DNA of 64,000 nt from IMG/VR virus record IMGVR_UViG_2721755710_000007, positions 11,410-75,409 of that record; one strand, written 5' to 3'. Position 1 is the first letter of the stretch. Every line of letters starts with the position of its first letter. The stretch is from a virus. Its lineage: Duplodnaviria; Heunggongvirae; Uroviricota; Caudoviricetes. This document shows positions 21,287-31,728 of the stretch, piece by piece. The notes under the pieces are model-generated. The model was not told the origin of the DNA. It saw only the letters and a list, made by a program, of their open reading frames with translations, and ran no database searches. A program made the position numbers and the translations under genes.

Positions 21287-21768
21287 TGTGCCACCTCATA
21301 TTTTGAGTATTTACGGATTTTCCGTCCCAGTTTGATATATGCAGCATGATAGAATTCAAGTAATTCTCTGTAGGGTTCCAGTAATCCCTCCGTTTTTTCG
21401 ATCATTTCATATTCCCAAGACGCGTGATTAACAAAGCAGCTTTTTGAATATTTTCCGTTTTTCATCGCAGAAACCCGTTTCGACATATAGCTGGGTGCCC
21501 TGGTTTTAAACGGACTGAACTTATGCCAGGTGATAGTGACTTTTTTCGCATTACCAATTAATTCTAGTTTCGGTGCATACGAACCCAGATACTCACGTTT
21601 TAGTGTATTGCTAGGCCGGGGTAAATTAATCTCCAGATGATTCCGTTCTTTCCACTCGATCCAGTAATTTGTACACAAGTCTTCAGCCTCCTCCCGCAGA
21701 GCCTCGATTTGTGAACGCATTAAGCTGCGCGATAATTCAAGTGACTTTATTAGTTTCGAATTAGACAT
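21283..21768 (-). CDS. hypothetical 161-aa protein, first gene of two-gene operon
   Basis: ORF; lysine-rich; no recognised motif. Confidence 0.5.
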   Translation of the reverse strand: MSNSKLIKSLELSRSLMRSQIEALREEAEDLCTNYWIEWKERNHLEINLPRPSNTLKREYLGSYAPKLELIGNAKKVTITWHKFSPFKTRAPSYMSKRVSAMKNGKYSKSCFVNHASWEYEMIEKTEGLLEPYRELLEFYHAAYIKLGRKIRKYSKYEVAQ

Positions 21769-22035
21769 GTGACCTCCTGATGTGAAATCACTATACCGAA
21801 GTGGTTTTTATTTTTTTTCACAAACAGGACTTTTTTCAGTGATTTTTTTCTGAGAATTATGAGGGGCGTGTCGTTGGTGCGATGCATACCGATAGTGAAT
21901 AACACCAGATGAGCTCGGGAACGGCATAGCGGGGTGTACTTATGTTCGGCAGAAAAGTAGCTTTTTCTGCAATGGGTATTCCTGATCCGGTGATTTGAAA
22001 AGTGCTGTTTTACTTACTAAGTTATACATATATCT

Positions 22036-22197
22036 AGTGCCACTTTTTAATCAAAAGTGACCCTAGGTTTTTTGCGCATAGTGCCACTTTTTAAAAAAGT
22101 GACCCTATGTCCTGTCTACATAGGGTCACTTTTCACAAAGAAGTGACCCTATGTCGAGGCTCCATAGGGCCACTTTTCAGCAAAAAGTGACCCTATG
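22036..22197. repeat. array of eight copies of a ~14-bp motif (AAAAGTGACCCTATG) in alternating orientation
   Basis: Copies at 22036, 22054, 22080, 22097, 22121, 22141, 22163, 22185 forming four or more inverted-repeat pairs. Confidence 0.8.
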
Positions 22198-22780
22198 TAA
22201 TAGCCATTGTTAATCAATCGGAAAAATATTCATGCTAGCTCGCTCTTATCGCTAAGGTTATTGCTGCTTTCTGCCGATAACAGTGCAAGTTTTGCGATTT
22301 TTTTAAGCGCTTCACAGTTCGTTAGCAAGCTCAGTTTTTTTTGATAAAATTCTGGTCAGTTTGTTTAAAAAGTGTTACAAGTAAGGCGAATGGTTGAATG
22401 GTTAGTTTTAAGACTCAAATCGGCAGTATTAAAATTCCAAAAGTAGCTTTTCATACTTCAAAAAACCAAACTTTAATTTCATGTAGAAGAGTTGTACTAT
22501 TGTATTGACTCAAGGACAATCCGACATGTCAGAATCAGATAACATAACGCGTAACTATTACGTACCGAGGTTTCGATTATTCGTAGTTACCGTGCATTCC
22601 TAATGTTATTGCCTATCCATGATCTTCTTCGTATCAATCAGGGTCTCCACTCTTGCAACGCCGTCTATTTGGAGACGGATTTGGGACAATGACTGATAAT
22701 GCATTTGAAGTTGAAACTCGTCCGGGAAGTTTCCTCGTTCCACGTTCTTTAGGCAAAGAGATTTCCTGGGATAATTTTTT

Positions 22781-23311
22781 ATGGCTGTTGTCGATGGTGA
22801 CACTAACGTTATTCGAGAATATGACAGTGACGATGCTGACTTCGGTATTTACAATGCTGGGGAAAAAGTTACTTTACTGTGTGGCCGGGAAGACTTTTAT
22901 AATCCGACAAAAATTCAGCAGTTACGCTCTAAGTGTGTAGATATACAAAATGATTACTTTATTCAAATCTTCTTTATGTCAATGCTTGCACCTGAGTTTG
23001 TCAGCATATTTTTTGGATTAAAGCCTGCCACCGCAGATGCAATAAAAGATGTTGGCGTTTCATCACTTAAAGCAATTAACGATGTTGTTCTCTTTCCGCG
23101 AACAATTGCCTTTACGCCAGGACTGGGGGATGATAGCACTACGTTAAAATCTAAAGTATTCGCCAGGGCATACGAATTATCTGCCGACATTCGTTTGGGT
23201 AAAGTTAGTGATGACTTAATGGAACTACTGCGTTACGACACTATGTTTACGTGTCACCGTCAGGATGTGTTTAACTCATTAGCAAATAAAGTGCTCTTGA
23301 AGGATTATTGA
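22781..23311 (+). CDS. hypothetical acidic 176-aa protein
   Basis: ORF only; stops 7 bp before IS1 copy 3. Confidence 0.3.
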   Translation: MAVVDGDTNVIREYDSDDADFGIYNAGEKVTLLCGREDFYNPTKIQQLRSKCVDIQNDYFIQIFFMSMLAPEFVSIFFGLKPATADAIKDVGVSSLKAINDVVLFPRTIAFTPGLGDDSTTLKSKVFARAYELSADIRLGKVSDDLMELLRYDTMFTCHRQDVFNSLANKVLLKDY

Positions 23312-23317
23312 ATATGG

Positions 23318-24085
23318 GGTAATGACTCCAACTTATTGATAGTGTTTTATGTTCAGATAATGCCCGATGACTTTGTCATGCAGCTCCACCGATTTTGAGA
23401 ACGACAGCGACTTCCGTCCCAGCCGTGCCAGGTGCTGCCTCAGATTCAGGTTATGCCGCTCAATTCGCTGCGTATATCGCTTGCTGATTACGTGCAGCTT
23501 TCCCTTCAGGCGGGATTCATACAGCGGCCAGCCATCCGTCATCCATATCACCACGTCAAAGGGTGACAGCAGGCTCATAAGACGCCCCAGCGTCGCCATA
23601 GTGCGTTCACCGAATACGTGCGCAACAACCGTCTTCCGGAGACTGTCATACGCGTAAAACAGCCAGCGCTGGCGCGATTTAGCCCCGACATAGCCCCACT
23701 GTTCGTCCATTTCCGCGCAGACGATGACGTCACTGCCCGGCTGTATGCGCGAGGTTACCGACTGCGGCCTGAGTTTTTTAAGTGACGTAAAATCGTGTTG
23801 AGGCCAACGCCCATAATGCGGGCAGTTGCCCGGCATCCAACGCCATTCATGGCCATATCAATGATTTTCTGGTGCGTACCGGGTTGAGAAGCGGTGTAAG
23901 TGAACTGCAGTTGCCATGTTTTACGGCAGTGAGAGCAGAGATAGCGCTGATGTCCGGCGGTGCTTTTGCCGTTACGCACCACCCCGTCAGTAGCTGAACA
24001 GGAGGGACAGCTGATAGAAACAGAAGCCACTGGAGCACCTCAAAAACACCATCATACACTAAATCAGTAAGTTGGCAGCATCACC
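23318..24085 (-). mobile_element. IS1 copy 3
   Basis: 768 bp; insB 23333-23836, insA 23755-24030; same orientation as copy 2; no duplication. Confidence 0.95.
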
Positions 24086-25559
24086 TATCAATGGCCTGGG
24101 CAATACTTTCCGTCGAAAATGATTGCAACATATTGCCGATATCCTCAAATCCAAGTGATTTGAGAGCCTCACCAATGGCGCTGCTAATACCAGATACCAG
24201 TCCCCCCATATCAAGAACATTAGCTAACGTATAAGCGGCTTTTTGCTGGAATGATGGATCTTGTCCTGATTTAAGCCCAAACGCTCGACGTTGCGCTTCT
24301 GTATCATTCCAACCGGTTACCGCATCATAAATACCTCCAGCCACTGTGCCGACTAGGGGAATTGCGCGTAACGCCCCTTTACCAACTGCCTTTAATCCAA
24401 GTTTACCTGCTGCCCGGGCAGCCAAATCTCCGCCTTCATGGGCGAGAGTCTTCTTGCCACCACCGCGTAGCATTCCTACAAGTTTCTTTGCCCCCAGAGC
24501 GCCAAAAGCGAGTGCTCCAGCTTTTTTCAGCATGCCACGCCCCATTAACAACGACGCGACGCCACCGGCCCCCTTCCCTAACAGGCTAAATAGTTTGGAC
24601 AGCAAGCCGCCCTTCTTTTTCCCGGTGTTTTTGGCTATCTGATCAAGGGCACGGAGAATCTTGTCATTGCCCTCTTTAATTTCGCTGGTCTGCTCCTGAA
24701 GTTCCTGAACCGTCCGTTTTTGGGTGTTAACCTGAACGACATCGGCACTATTTTGCGATTTACGCCTAAAAAAACCTTTTCTACGGCTGTTATCGTCGTT
24801 GCCACGAATCACATCGGCAATAGACTTTCTGGCACCATTAAGCGATCCACCAACTTCTTTTGATATCCCGCCAAGCTCCTTCCCTGCTGCCCACAATGGA
24901 CCAGCAACGGCATAACCTAACGCATCGACGGCACGAGTCTCTGAAGGGTTACCTATGCCTTCAGCTACTTTTGACAGTTTTTTTAATAAACCTGATTCAG
25001 CATTTAGACGCTCATCATCCTCTTTGCGCCTGGCCTTTTCAGCACGTTCAGCACGGGCATCTTCCGCTGCGGCCTTACTCCCTGACTTTCCAATAAAACG
25101 ACCACGCGCATCGCGTTGGTTTTGGCTTTTTTGCGCACCGCCTTTTTGACCGAACATTTCGCGAGCGTGTTCGGCTGCTTCGGTCCGTTGCGCCTTTACA
25201 TCTTCTGTTATAGCCTTCTTGCGTCGTTTTTTACCCTTTCGCGTAGTTGATTTGGCCTGCGGTTCCTGTAGAGCAACATCCTCCTGAACTACACGAGAAA
25301 CGTCCCCTAAATTAAGCCGTTTCATTGCCTCAACAATAGGGTCCACTGATGGCGCATTGGCCACAAAGTCTGGCCGGGAATTTTCGATTGTGCGATTTAA
25401 TGCCGACACACTGCGAGAGACAGGATCAACTGTAGCAACTCGCCCACCTTTCAAATCTTCAACGGCTTCCCGAATACCTGCAAGCTCTTCCAGCTCTTTT
25501 GCGCTGGCGGTTTCAACCGTCCTTATCACATCGTCAATGTTGGCGTTTTTTCTTTCCAT
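24081..25559 (-). CDS. Gly/Ala/Lys-rich phage structural-like protein; 3' end abuts IS1 and may be truncated
   Basis: 492-aa ORF whose stop codon lies inside the IS1 terminus. Confidence 0.45.
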   Translation of the reverse strand: MERKNANIDDVIRTVETASAKELEELAGIREAVEDLKGGRVATVDPVSRSVSALNRTIENSRPDFVANAPSVDPIVEAMKRLNLGDVSRVVQEDVALQEPQAKSTTRKGKKRRKKAITEDVKAQRTEAAEHAREMFGQKGGAQKSQNQRDARGRFIGKSGSKAAAEDARAERAEKARRKEDDERLNAESGLLKKLSKVAEGIGNPSETRAVDALGYAVAGPLWAAGKELGGISKEVGGSLNGARKSIADVIRGNDDNSRRKGFFRRKSQNSADVVQVNTQKRTVQELQEQTSEIKEGNDKILRALDQIAKNTGKKKGGLLSKLFSLLGKGAGGVASLLMGRGMLKKAGALAFGALGAKKLVGMLRGGGKKTLAHEGGDLAARAAGKLGLKAVGKGALRAIPLVGTVAGGIYDAVTGWNDTEAQRRAFGLKSGQDPSFQQKAAYTLANVLDMGGLVSGISSAIGEALKSLGFEDIGNMLQSFSTESIAQAIDR

Positions 25560-25640
25560 GATCTTATCGCCTACCGCTTCGGTTTAAGTTTTTCTTCCAG
25601 TTTCTCCAACAGGAAAAACGCATAGGATTCAGTGAGCCTT

Positions 25641-26522
25641 TCAGCGTCCTGAATCGGTATACCCCCATACAAAACCAGGTTGGACACTAAGGTCTGATAG
25701 CTTTTCAATCCCCACCTGTGGAATGAAGTCGGTAGCCCGAAAGGGCACCCACAGACGGGTATACGCACCCTCTGTGGACTCCTTTGTATCCTGGTTTGGG
25801 CATTTGTGCGGCGGGAGACGAAGACGCATTTCGCCTTTATCGATGTAGCACGGTAAACCATGTTCGAGCTTTTCATGAGCCAGCCGGATGTGTGCCGCCA
25901 GCTTCATAAATTCAGTATCAATGGCCATCCGTTTGATCGTTTCATAACGACGCTCAGCCTGCTCTTCACGAGTACCGCTAACATCGTTATAAAGTTCACA
26001 CTGATAAGCGAATTCCCAAAAACGCAAATCAACGATCGCTTCTTTGAATTCCGCGTCGTCTTCAGGTGGCAATGCTGCACGGCGCATCTCCAGCATTTCC
26101 ATTGCCCAACCATCAAGCGGCACGATACGCCATTGATAAGGCACGCCCTCTACAGACACCTCAATATCGTCAATGAACGGTTCCACTTCCAGGACCTGGA
26201 TATCTTCAGCCAGAGCATTCATATCGCAATCGTAATAATGCTCTTTACCGCAATGTTTACAGGTGTAGGTGAATGTCTCGACCGGTGTTTCACGGGAGCC
26301 GGTAAATATCCACCATAACGCGGTAATCCGGTCCTGCGCCGTCCATGTCAGGGGATCATGTTTCGCGGGTTCAGCCAGCAAGGCTTTTAAATACGCCGTT
26401 GTCTGTTGTTCTTGTTCCTCCGGTGTTATCGAGTTGAAACGCATCGCATCAGCAATATTTGGCTGACGGAACTGGATCAATTCAGTTGGCCGCGATGGTA
26501 GCGGGAAAAGGGGTAAAAGCAT
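25641..26522 (-). CDS. hypothetical phage protein (293 aa)
   Basis: ORF; contains CKHCGKEHYYDC Cys cluster. Confidence 0.45.
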   Translation of the reverse strand: MLLPLFPLPSRPTELIQFRQPNIADAMRFNSITPEEQEQQTTAYLKALLAEPAKHDPLTWTAQDRITALWWIFTGSRETPVETFTYTCKHCGKEHYYDCDMNALAEDIQVLEVEPFIDDIEVSVEGVPYQWRIVPLDGWAMEMLEMRRAALPPEDDAEFKEAIVDLRFWEFAYQCELYNDVSGTREEQAERRYETIKRMAIDTEFMKLAAHIRLAHEKLEHGLPCYIDKGEMRLRLPPHKCPNQDTKESTEGAYTRLWVPFRATDFIPQVGIEKLSDLSVQPGFVWGYTDSGR

Positions 26523-26536
26523 CCTTGCTCCTTAAT

Positions 26537-27148
26537 TCAAAGAGAAAAACTAAAGCCCAGAAGGGAAGCCAAAGAACTTGAGGATTGGTTAAACGTGCTG
26601 TGCAATGCGAAGGTCATTGGGAATGACTTAAATTCCGTAACCTGATCCCGCGCATAGGTGACATCGCCGGTAGTGACCGGGAATACCGTCATCTCATTTT
26701 CCAGTTTGGTTAAGCCGGAAGACAGCAACCGATAAATACGCACATTGAGCAAATATTTAGACGGTATATTCCCGGTACCGTCCGGATTGATCACCCGACT
26801 TTTTGCCGTCTTAAACCAGTCTAAAACGAGGCCATCAACGGTATCCCTGACCATCATTGTTATCTGCCCAGGCGAACGCTCCGTTGGTTGAAGGATATTC
26901 CCTCCGCCGATTTTAATCGTTTCATATTCGATGCTGTAATCGTGGTAGGTAATGTCTTTGGCAAAGAAGTCTGCCCCCTCCAGTCCATCAACTTCGACAG
27001 AGAACTGCCATCCTTGCGCGAACAGCATTTTGTTCATGATGATTGACGTCAGCTTACCAACTTCCCGCTCACCAACGCCGGAGCCAAATAATGTCGTCGT
27101 TAATGCCGAAGATACATAAGACTTTACTGAAGCAACATTAAGCCCCAT
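26537..27148 (-). CDS. hypothetical phage protein (203 aa)
   Basis: ORF in tight minus-strand array. Confidence 0.45.
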   Translation of the reverse strand: MGLNVASVKSYVSSALTTTLFGSGVGEREVGKLTSIIMNKMLFAQGWQFSVEVDGLEGADFFAKDITYHDYSIEYETIKIGGGNILQPTERSPGQITMMVRDTVDGLVLDWFKTAKSRVINPDGTGNIPSKYLLNVRIYRLLSSGLTKLENEMTVFPVTTGDVTYARDQVTEFKSFPMTFALHSTFNQSSSSLASLLGFSFSL

Positions 27149-27158
27149 ATCAGCCCCC

Positions 27159-27749
<591 letters not shown>

Positions 27750-27805
27750 TTAACAGATTCTACGAGTTGTCATTTGTGACAGTATGCTCGCAATCGTAGT
27801 GATTA

Positions 27806-28345
27806 CTACCACCAACTGCTAGCTTTCTTCTCTCTAGCTTTTCCTTCGCTTTGCAGTAAATCTTTACTTCCTGTAGAAATATTTCTATTTGCATCAGCCT
27901 CAGACTGAATTACATCTGTCTTAGCTGCTCTCTCCTTCAACTCCTGCTCTATAAAATCGTTTTCTCGCTGGACACGAGCCGCTTTTGCTTGCAGTTCGAG
28001 TTTCATGCTTTCGAGTTGCAGCTTGCGAAGCTCATCCTCATAAGCTTGATCTCGCTTCTTGTCATTTGCTAGCTCGGCTTCTCGTTTCGCTCTACGTTCA
28101 TTTTCTGCAGCAACACGCTGTTTTTCGCGTGCAGCAGCGGCAGATGCTGCTTTTTCTCTTCTAATACGTTCAGCTTGTGCTTGTTGGCGAATAAGTTCTT
28201 TTCTGGCATCCTCAGCTTGCTGCTCTTTAGCTCGCCCTTCATTTTCCGCTTGAGCAATAGCAGCAATTTGACTTTGCAACGAGTTAGCCAAGGCAGTGCC
28301 TACACTAAACGTAGAAAAGATTAGAAATAAAATAATTTTATTCAT
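27806..28345 (-). CDS. secreted coiled-coil protein
   Basis: 179 aa; signal peptide then Ala/Glu/Lys/Arg-rich coiled coil. Confidence 0.45.
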   Translation of the reverse strand: MNKIILFLIFSTFSVGTALANSLQSQIAAIAQAENEGRAKEQQAEDARKELIRQQAQAERIRREKAASAAAAREKQRVAAENERRAKREAELANDKKRDQAYEDELRKLQLESMKLELQAKAARVQRENDFIEQELKERAAKTDVIQSEADANRNISTGSKDLLQSEGKAREKKASSWW

Positions 28346-28348
28346 AAA

Positions 28349-28870
28349 TTATTTCTTTTCTGGACAAGTAGCATTTGGCTGAATTCGAGTTTCATTATCT
28401 TTAGTTGAAATAAGCACAGCAAGCCCCGTTGTAAACTGGCATGCTTTACCAACTTGAGTTGAAGTGAACACCTTAGTTCCTTCTTTATAAGTCAGTGAAA
28501 CACCTTCAACAATTGTTTTATCACTAACCAAAGAACCAGCCGCTGCACCAAGAGCCGCACCACCAGTACCGCCAGCTACAGCACCCAGTGTCGATGTGCC
28601 TTTAACATTATAACCGGCAACGCCCCCAGCAACAGCTCCCAGTACCGCACCAAATGTCTGTGCCGCTTCTTTATTAGCTTTATTATCAACTTTCACTTTA
28701 GCTGGAAGCACAGAGATAATATTGACTGTCTTTGTTTCCTGCTTCGAATTCAATTGAGCGGTATCATAAACATCGGCAGCATAATCAGCACCGCTAGATT
28801 GACACCCAGAAAGAAGAATTGCAGATACAACAAGAGCGCATAAAGTATACTTTTTAGACATAAGAATCAT
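28349..28870 (-). CDS. lipoprotein with glycine-zipper region
   Basis: 173 aa; lipobox LSGC; GAVLGAVAGGVAG repeats. Confidence 0.5.
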   Translation of the reverse strand: MILMSKKYTLCALVVSAILLSGCQSSGADYAADVYDTAQLNSKQETKTVNIISVLPAKVKVDNKANKEAAQTFGAVLGAVAGGVAGYNVKGTSTLGAVAGGTGGAALGAAAGSLVSDKTIVEGVSLTYKEGTKVFTSTQVGKACQFTTGLAVLISTKDNETRIQPNATCPEKK

Positions 28871-29379
28871 CCCAGAAAAACAAAAACCGGCGAGAAGTTA
28901 CCACGAGAACGGAAAGTAAACAAGAATACTCCCATTGACTTATATCAAATAATCAACTTTTTATAAGCTATCCCTAACTTATTGTGTATAGCTGAAAAGT
29001 CAGAGATAAGTTCACCATCTGCATTATTTCTTAAGTTAATAGTTTATTGCTAACTTAATTTATGTATCGACTATTGATATCCATCTTAAAGTAACAATAT
29101 CCCTCTGCATTATTTTTCATCACAAATAATACATCTATTGCACTACGCTCACCTGCTCTAATAAATTTGTATTTTTAAGTCGCGAATGCTATCTTTTCGC
29201 ATCATATTGACCTTTTAATCGTTCAGGCTTATAGTTTCGCCGTCGTAGCAAATTCTGCGACCAGGTTTGACAGCCTGAATGATTGTGCGGACAACCGCAG
29301 ATTTCCGATATTGCGGTATTTTTGTGTCCGTTAAACCGCGTTACGCCCAAATTATGGTGGGGCGTGATGGGGAGGCTTC

Positions 29380-29470
29380 GGCCTGCTGGTTTCACAATCG
29401 CCAGTCTGTCAACCCTGTCACGTCCTGCCACCTGTTTGACAGCGGGTAGCAGGTTGTTAAACCTGATTGT
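29380..29470 (+). ncRNA. c4: expected location of c4 antisense RNA (boundaries not determined)
   Basis: Positional inference only: structured non-coding stretch immediately upstream of icd-ant, as in P1 immI. Confidence 0.3.
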
Positions 29471-29482
29471 GAGGCCGTAACT

Positions 29483-29704
29483 ATGGTTAATGCCAATCCT
29501 TGCGCACGCCCAGAATTCATCTGGCGTTTCTATTCCTGTAAAAAACACCACTATCACTTCGTTATCGCAGCAACTGAAGACGAAGCACGCTCTCAATTGC
29601 CTGATGGCCCCTGCATTTTTACTGCCCGTTTTTCAACTAACTCGCGCAATTCACTTAGTTACTGGAGCCTCCCCTTCTCTGCCGACGTTCAGGGGGGTTT
29701 ATGA
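29483..29704 (+). CDS. icd: Icd-like small protein
   Basis: 73-aa ORF whose stop overlaps the ant start, matching P1 icd length and position. Confidence 0.5.
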   Translation: MVNANPCARPEFIWRFYSCKKHHYHFVIAATEDEARSQLPDGPCIFTARFSTNSRNSLSYWSLPFSADVQGGL

Positions 29705-30735
29705 AAACACCTCTCGTCACCCGTAATGAAATAGCCGAAGCGATCGCCTTGCATACTGCCTGTATGCCGACACGGGAGATCCCCGGCGCAATTGCTAACT
29801 ATTTCATGATAACCAGACGTTTTTATACCCGAACAGATAAGGCTGTGATCAACAGGCTACTGATAGCCGAGATCAGGGATTATTTGATTGAACAAGGACG
29901 TCTACGTTACGCAACAGTGGCAGCAGAAATGAGAAAGGAGGCACATAGAATGACCGGTAATAATTTAAATGTTGAAAAACCAGCACCTGTTGCTTCAGCT
30001 ACGCCAGCACCAGCCCTGAATGTCATCCCCAACACCGGAGACACAATCGACAGCCAAACATTGTTGAAGATGGTCAATGAGGCACGGAAATTATGTAGCG
30101 AAAAACCAGTTCGCAACAATGATTTCATTGCCAGAGTTAAGGATGAGCTTGAAGGAGAAACCTACGAAATTTTCGTAGGTCAAAAAAACGGCGCAGAAAT
30201 AGATATTATAACCATGACCTACAAACAAGCCCTGCGAGTTGCCGCGCGCGAGTCAAAAGCGGTCCGCCGTTCGCTGATCGACAAACTGGAAGAATTGCAG
30301 CAGGCAAACTCCCCTACCCCATCGATCCCCCAAACATTACCAGAAGCTCTACGCCTGGCTGCCGAGTTGGCAGAACAGAAAATGCAGTTGGAACAACAGC
30401 TGGTGGCCGCAGCCCCTAAAGTCGATTTTGCCGACCGGGTATCAGCGGCTAATGGAATCCTGATCGGGGACTTTGCAAAGGTCGTTGGACTTAAGCAAAA
30501 CGCCCTTTTCTCATGGTTGCGCCAGAACGGCATTCTCATGGCTTTTGGTGCGCGCAAAAACGTACCGCGCCAGCAGTACATTAACGCCGGGTATTTCACG
30601 GTGAAAGAAGTGGTGCTGGATGATGAAAATGGCTACCAGATACGGCTGACGCCCCAATTAACGGGTAAAGGCCAGCAGTGGTTAACTCGCAAGCTACTTG
30701 ATGCTGGTTTGTTAAAACCAGTAGCAATAGGTTAA
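29701..30735 (+). CDS. ant: antirepressor Ant
   Basis: 344 aa; C-terminal ~135 aa paralogous to KilA C-terminus. Confidence 0.7.
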   Translation: MKTPLVTRNEIAEAIALHTACMPTREIPGAIANYFMITRRFYTRTDKAVINRLLIAEIRDYLIEQGRLRYATVAAEMRKEAHRMTGNNLNVEKPAPVASATPAPALNVIPNTGDTIDSQTLLKMVNEARKLCSEKPVRNNDFIARVKDELEGETYEIFVGQKNGAEIDIITMTYKQALRVAARESKAVRRSLIDKLEELQQANSPTPSIPQTLPEALRLAAELAEQKMQLEQQLVAAAPKVDFADRVSAANGILIGDFAKVVGLKQNALFSWLRQNGILMAFGARKNVPRQQYINAGYFTVKEVVLDDENGYQIRLTPQLTGKGQQWLTRKLLDAGLLKPVAIG

Positions 30736-30812
30736 CAAAAGAAAAAACCTGCCAGCTAACTGGCAGGTTTCTGAGCAGATCGTCCAACCCGATCTGGATC
30801 GAGTCAGAAAAA

Positions 30813-30829
30813 TTTGCTCTAATAAATTT
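30813..30829 (+). promoter_or_regulatory. C1 operator upstream of kilA
   Basis: TTTGCTCTAATAAATTT, 16/17. Confidence 0.55.
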
Positions 30830-30898
30830 CGTTTTCTAAGTGCAAAGAATCACCATTTCGAGCTGGTGATTGAAGGTTGATGCAAATTTGGAGAAAAA

Positions 30899-31699
30899 AT
30901 GCAACAAACATTCAATGCGGATATGAATATATCAAACCTTCATCAAAATGTCGATCCTTCCACCACTCTGCCCGTTATTTGTGGTGTTGAAATTACGACC
31001 GACCGCGCTGGCCGTTACAACCTTAATGCTCTACACAGAGCGAGCGGACTCGGTGCCCATAAAGCGCCAGCTCAATGGCTAAGAACGCTGTCAGCCAAAC
31101 AGCTCATCGAAGAGCTGGAAAAAGAAACTATGCAGAATTGCATAGTTTCGTTCGAAGGCCGTGGCGGCGGCACTTTTGCCCATGAATTGCTCGCAGTGGA
31201 GTACGCTGGTTGGATTTCTCCCGCGTTTCGGCTGAAGGTAAACCAGACATTTATCGACTATCGCGCTGGAAGATTACAACCTGCTATTCCGAAGAGCCTC
31301 CCAGAAGCTCTCCGTTTGGCTGCTGACCTGGCAGAGCAAAAGCAACGGCTGGAGCAAAAAATGCTGATGGATGCACCTAAAGTCGAATTCGCCGAACGCG
31401 TTGCTACCGCCAGCGGGGTTCTAATCGGCAACTATGCCAAAGTGCTCGGCCTGGGCCAAAACTATCTCTTCACCTGGTTGCGTGATAACGGAATTCTGAT
31501 CGCAACCGGTGAACGCAGGAACGTCCCCAAACAAGAATACATATCCCGTGGGTATTTCACCCTTAAAGAAACCGTGATCGATACAAGCAATGGAAGCAGG
31601 ATTTCTTTCACGACTCGTATAACCGGCAAAGGTCAGCAGTGGCTGATGAAGCGATTGCTTGATGCTGGTGTGCTGGTACCTGTCGCGGCAACGCGCTAA
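30899..31699 (+). CDS. kilA: KilA (KilA-N domain protein)
   Basis: 266 aa; position upstream of repL and P1-matching length. Confidence 0.75.
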   Translation: MQQTFNADMNISNLHQNVDPSTTLPVICGVEITTDRAGRYNLNALHRASGLGAHKAPAQWLRTLSAKQLIEELEKETMQNCIVSFEGRGGGTFAHELLAVEYAGWISPAFRLKVNQTFIDYRAGRLQPAIPKSLPEALRLAADLAEQKQRLEQKMLMDAPKVEFAERVATASGVLIGNYAKVLGLGQNYLFTWLRDNGILIATGERRNVPKQEYISRGYFTLKETVIDTSNGSRISFTTRITGKGQQWLMKRLLDAGVLVPVAATR

Positions 31700-31728
31700 C
31701 AGACGTAGTAAGAACCACCAGCATTGTA

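Noticed and set aside
22036-22197. Repeat array considered as a CRISPR array
   Set aside because: Repeats are about 14 bp, alternate in orientation and lack regular unique spacers; no cas genes nearby.
22653-22940. 95-aa ORF overlapping the start of the 176-aa ORF
   Set aside because: Hydrophobic low-complexity translation in an AT-rich region with no motif; the overlapping 176-aa frame is the more plausible of the two and is itself low confidence.
24346-25149. + strand ORFs 24346-24642, 24362-24589, 24860-25096, 24955-25149
   Set aside because: Antisense to the 492-aa Gly/Ala/Lys-rich gene; Pro/Ala/Arg-rich translations typical of shadow frames.
29189-29596. 135-aa minus-strand ORF
   Set aside because: Overlaps the expected c4 RNA and the icd start on the opposite strand; inconsistent with immI organisation.
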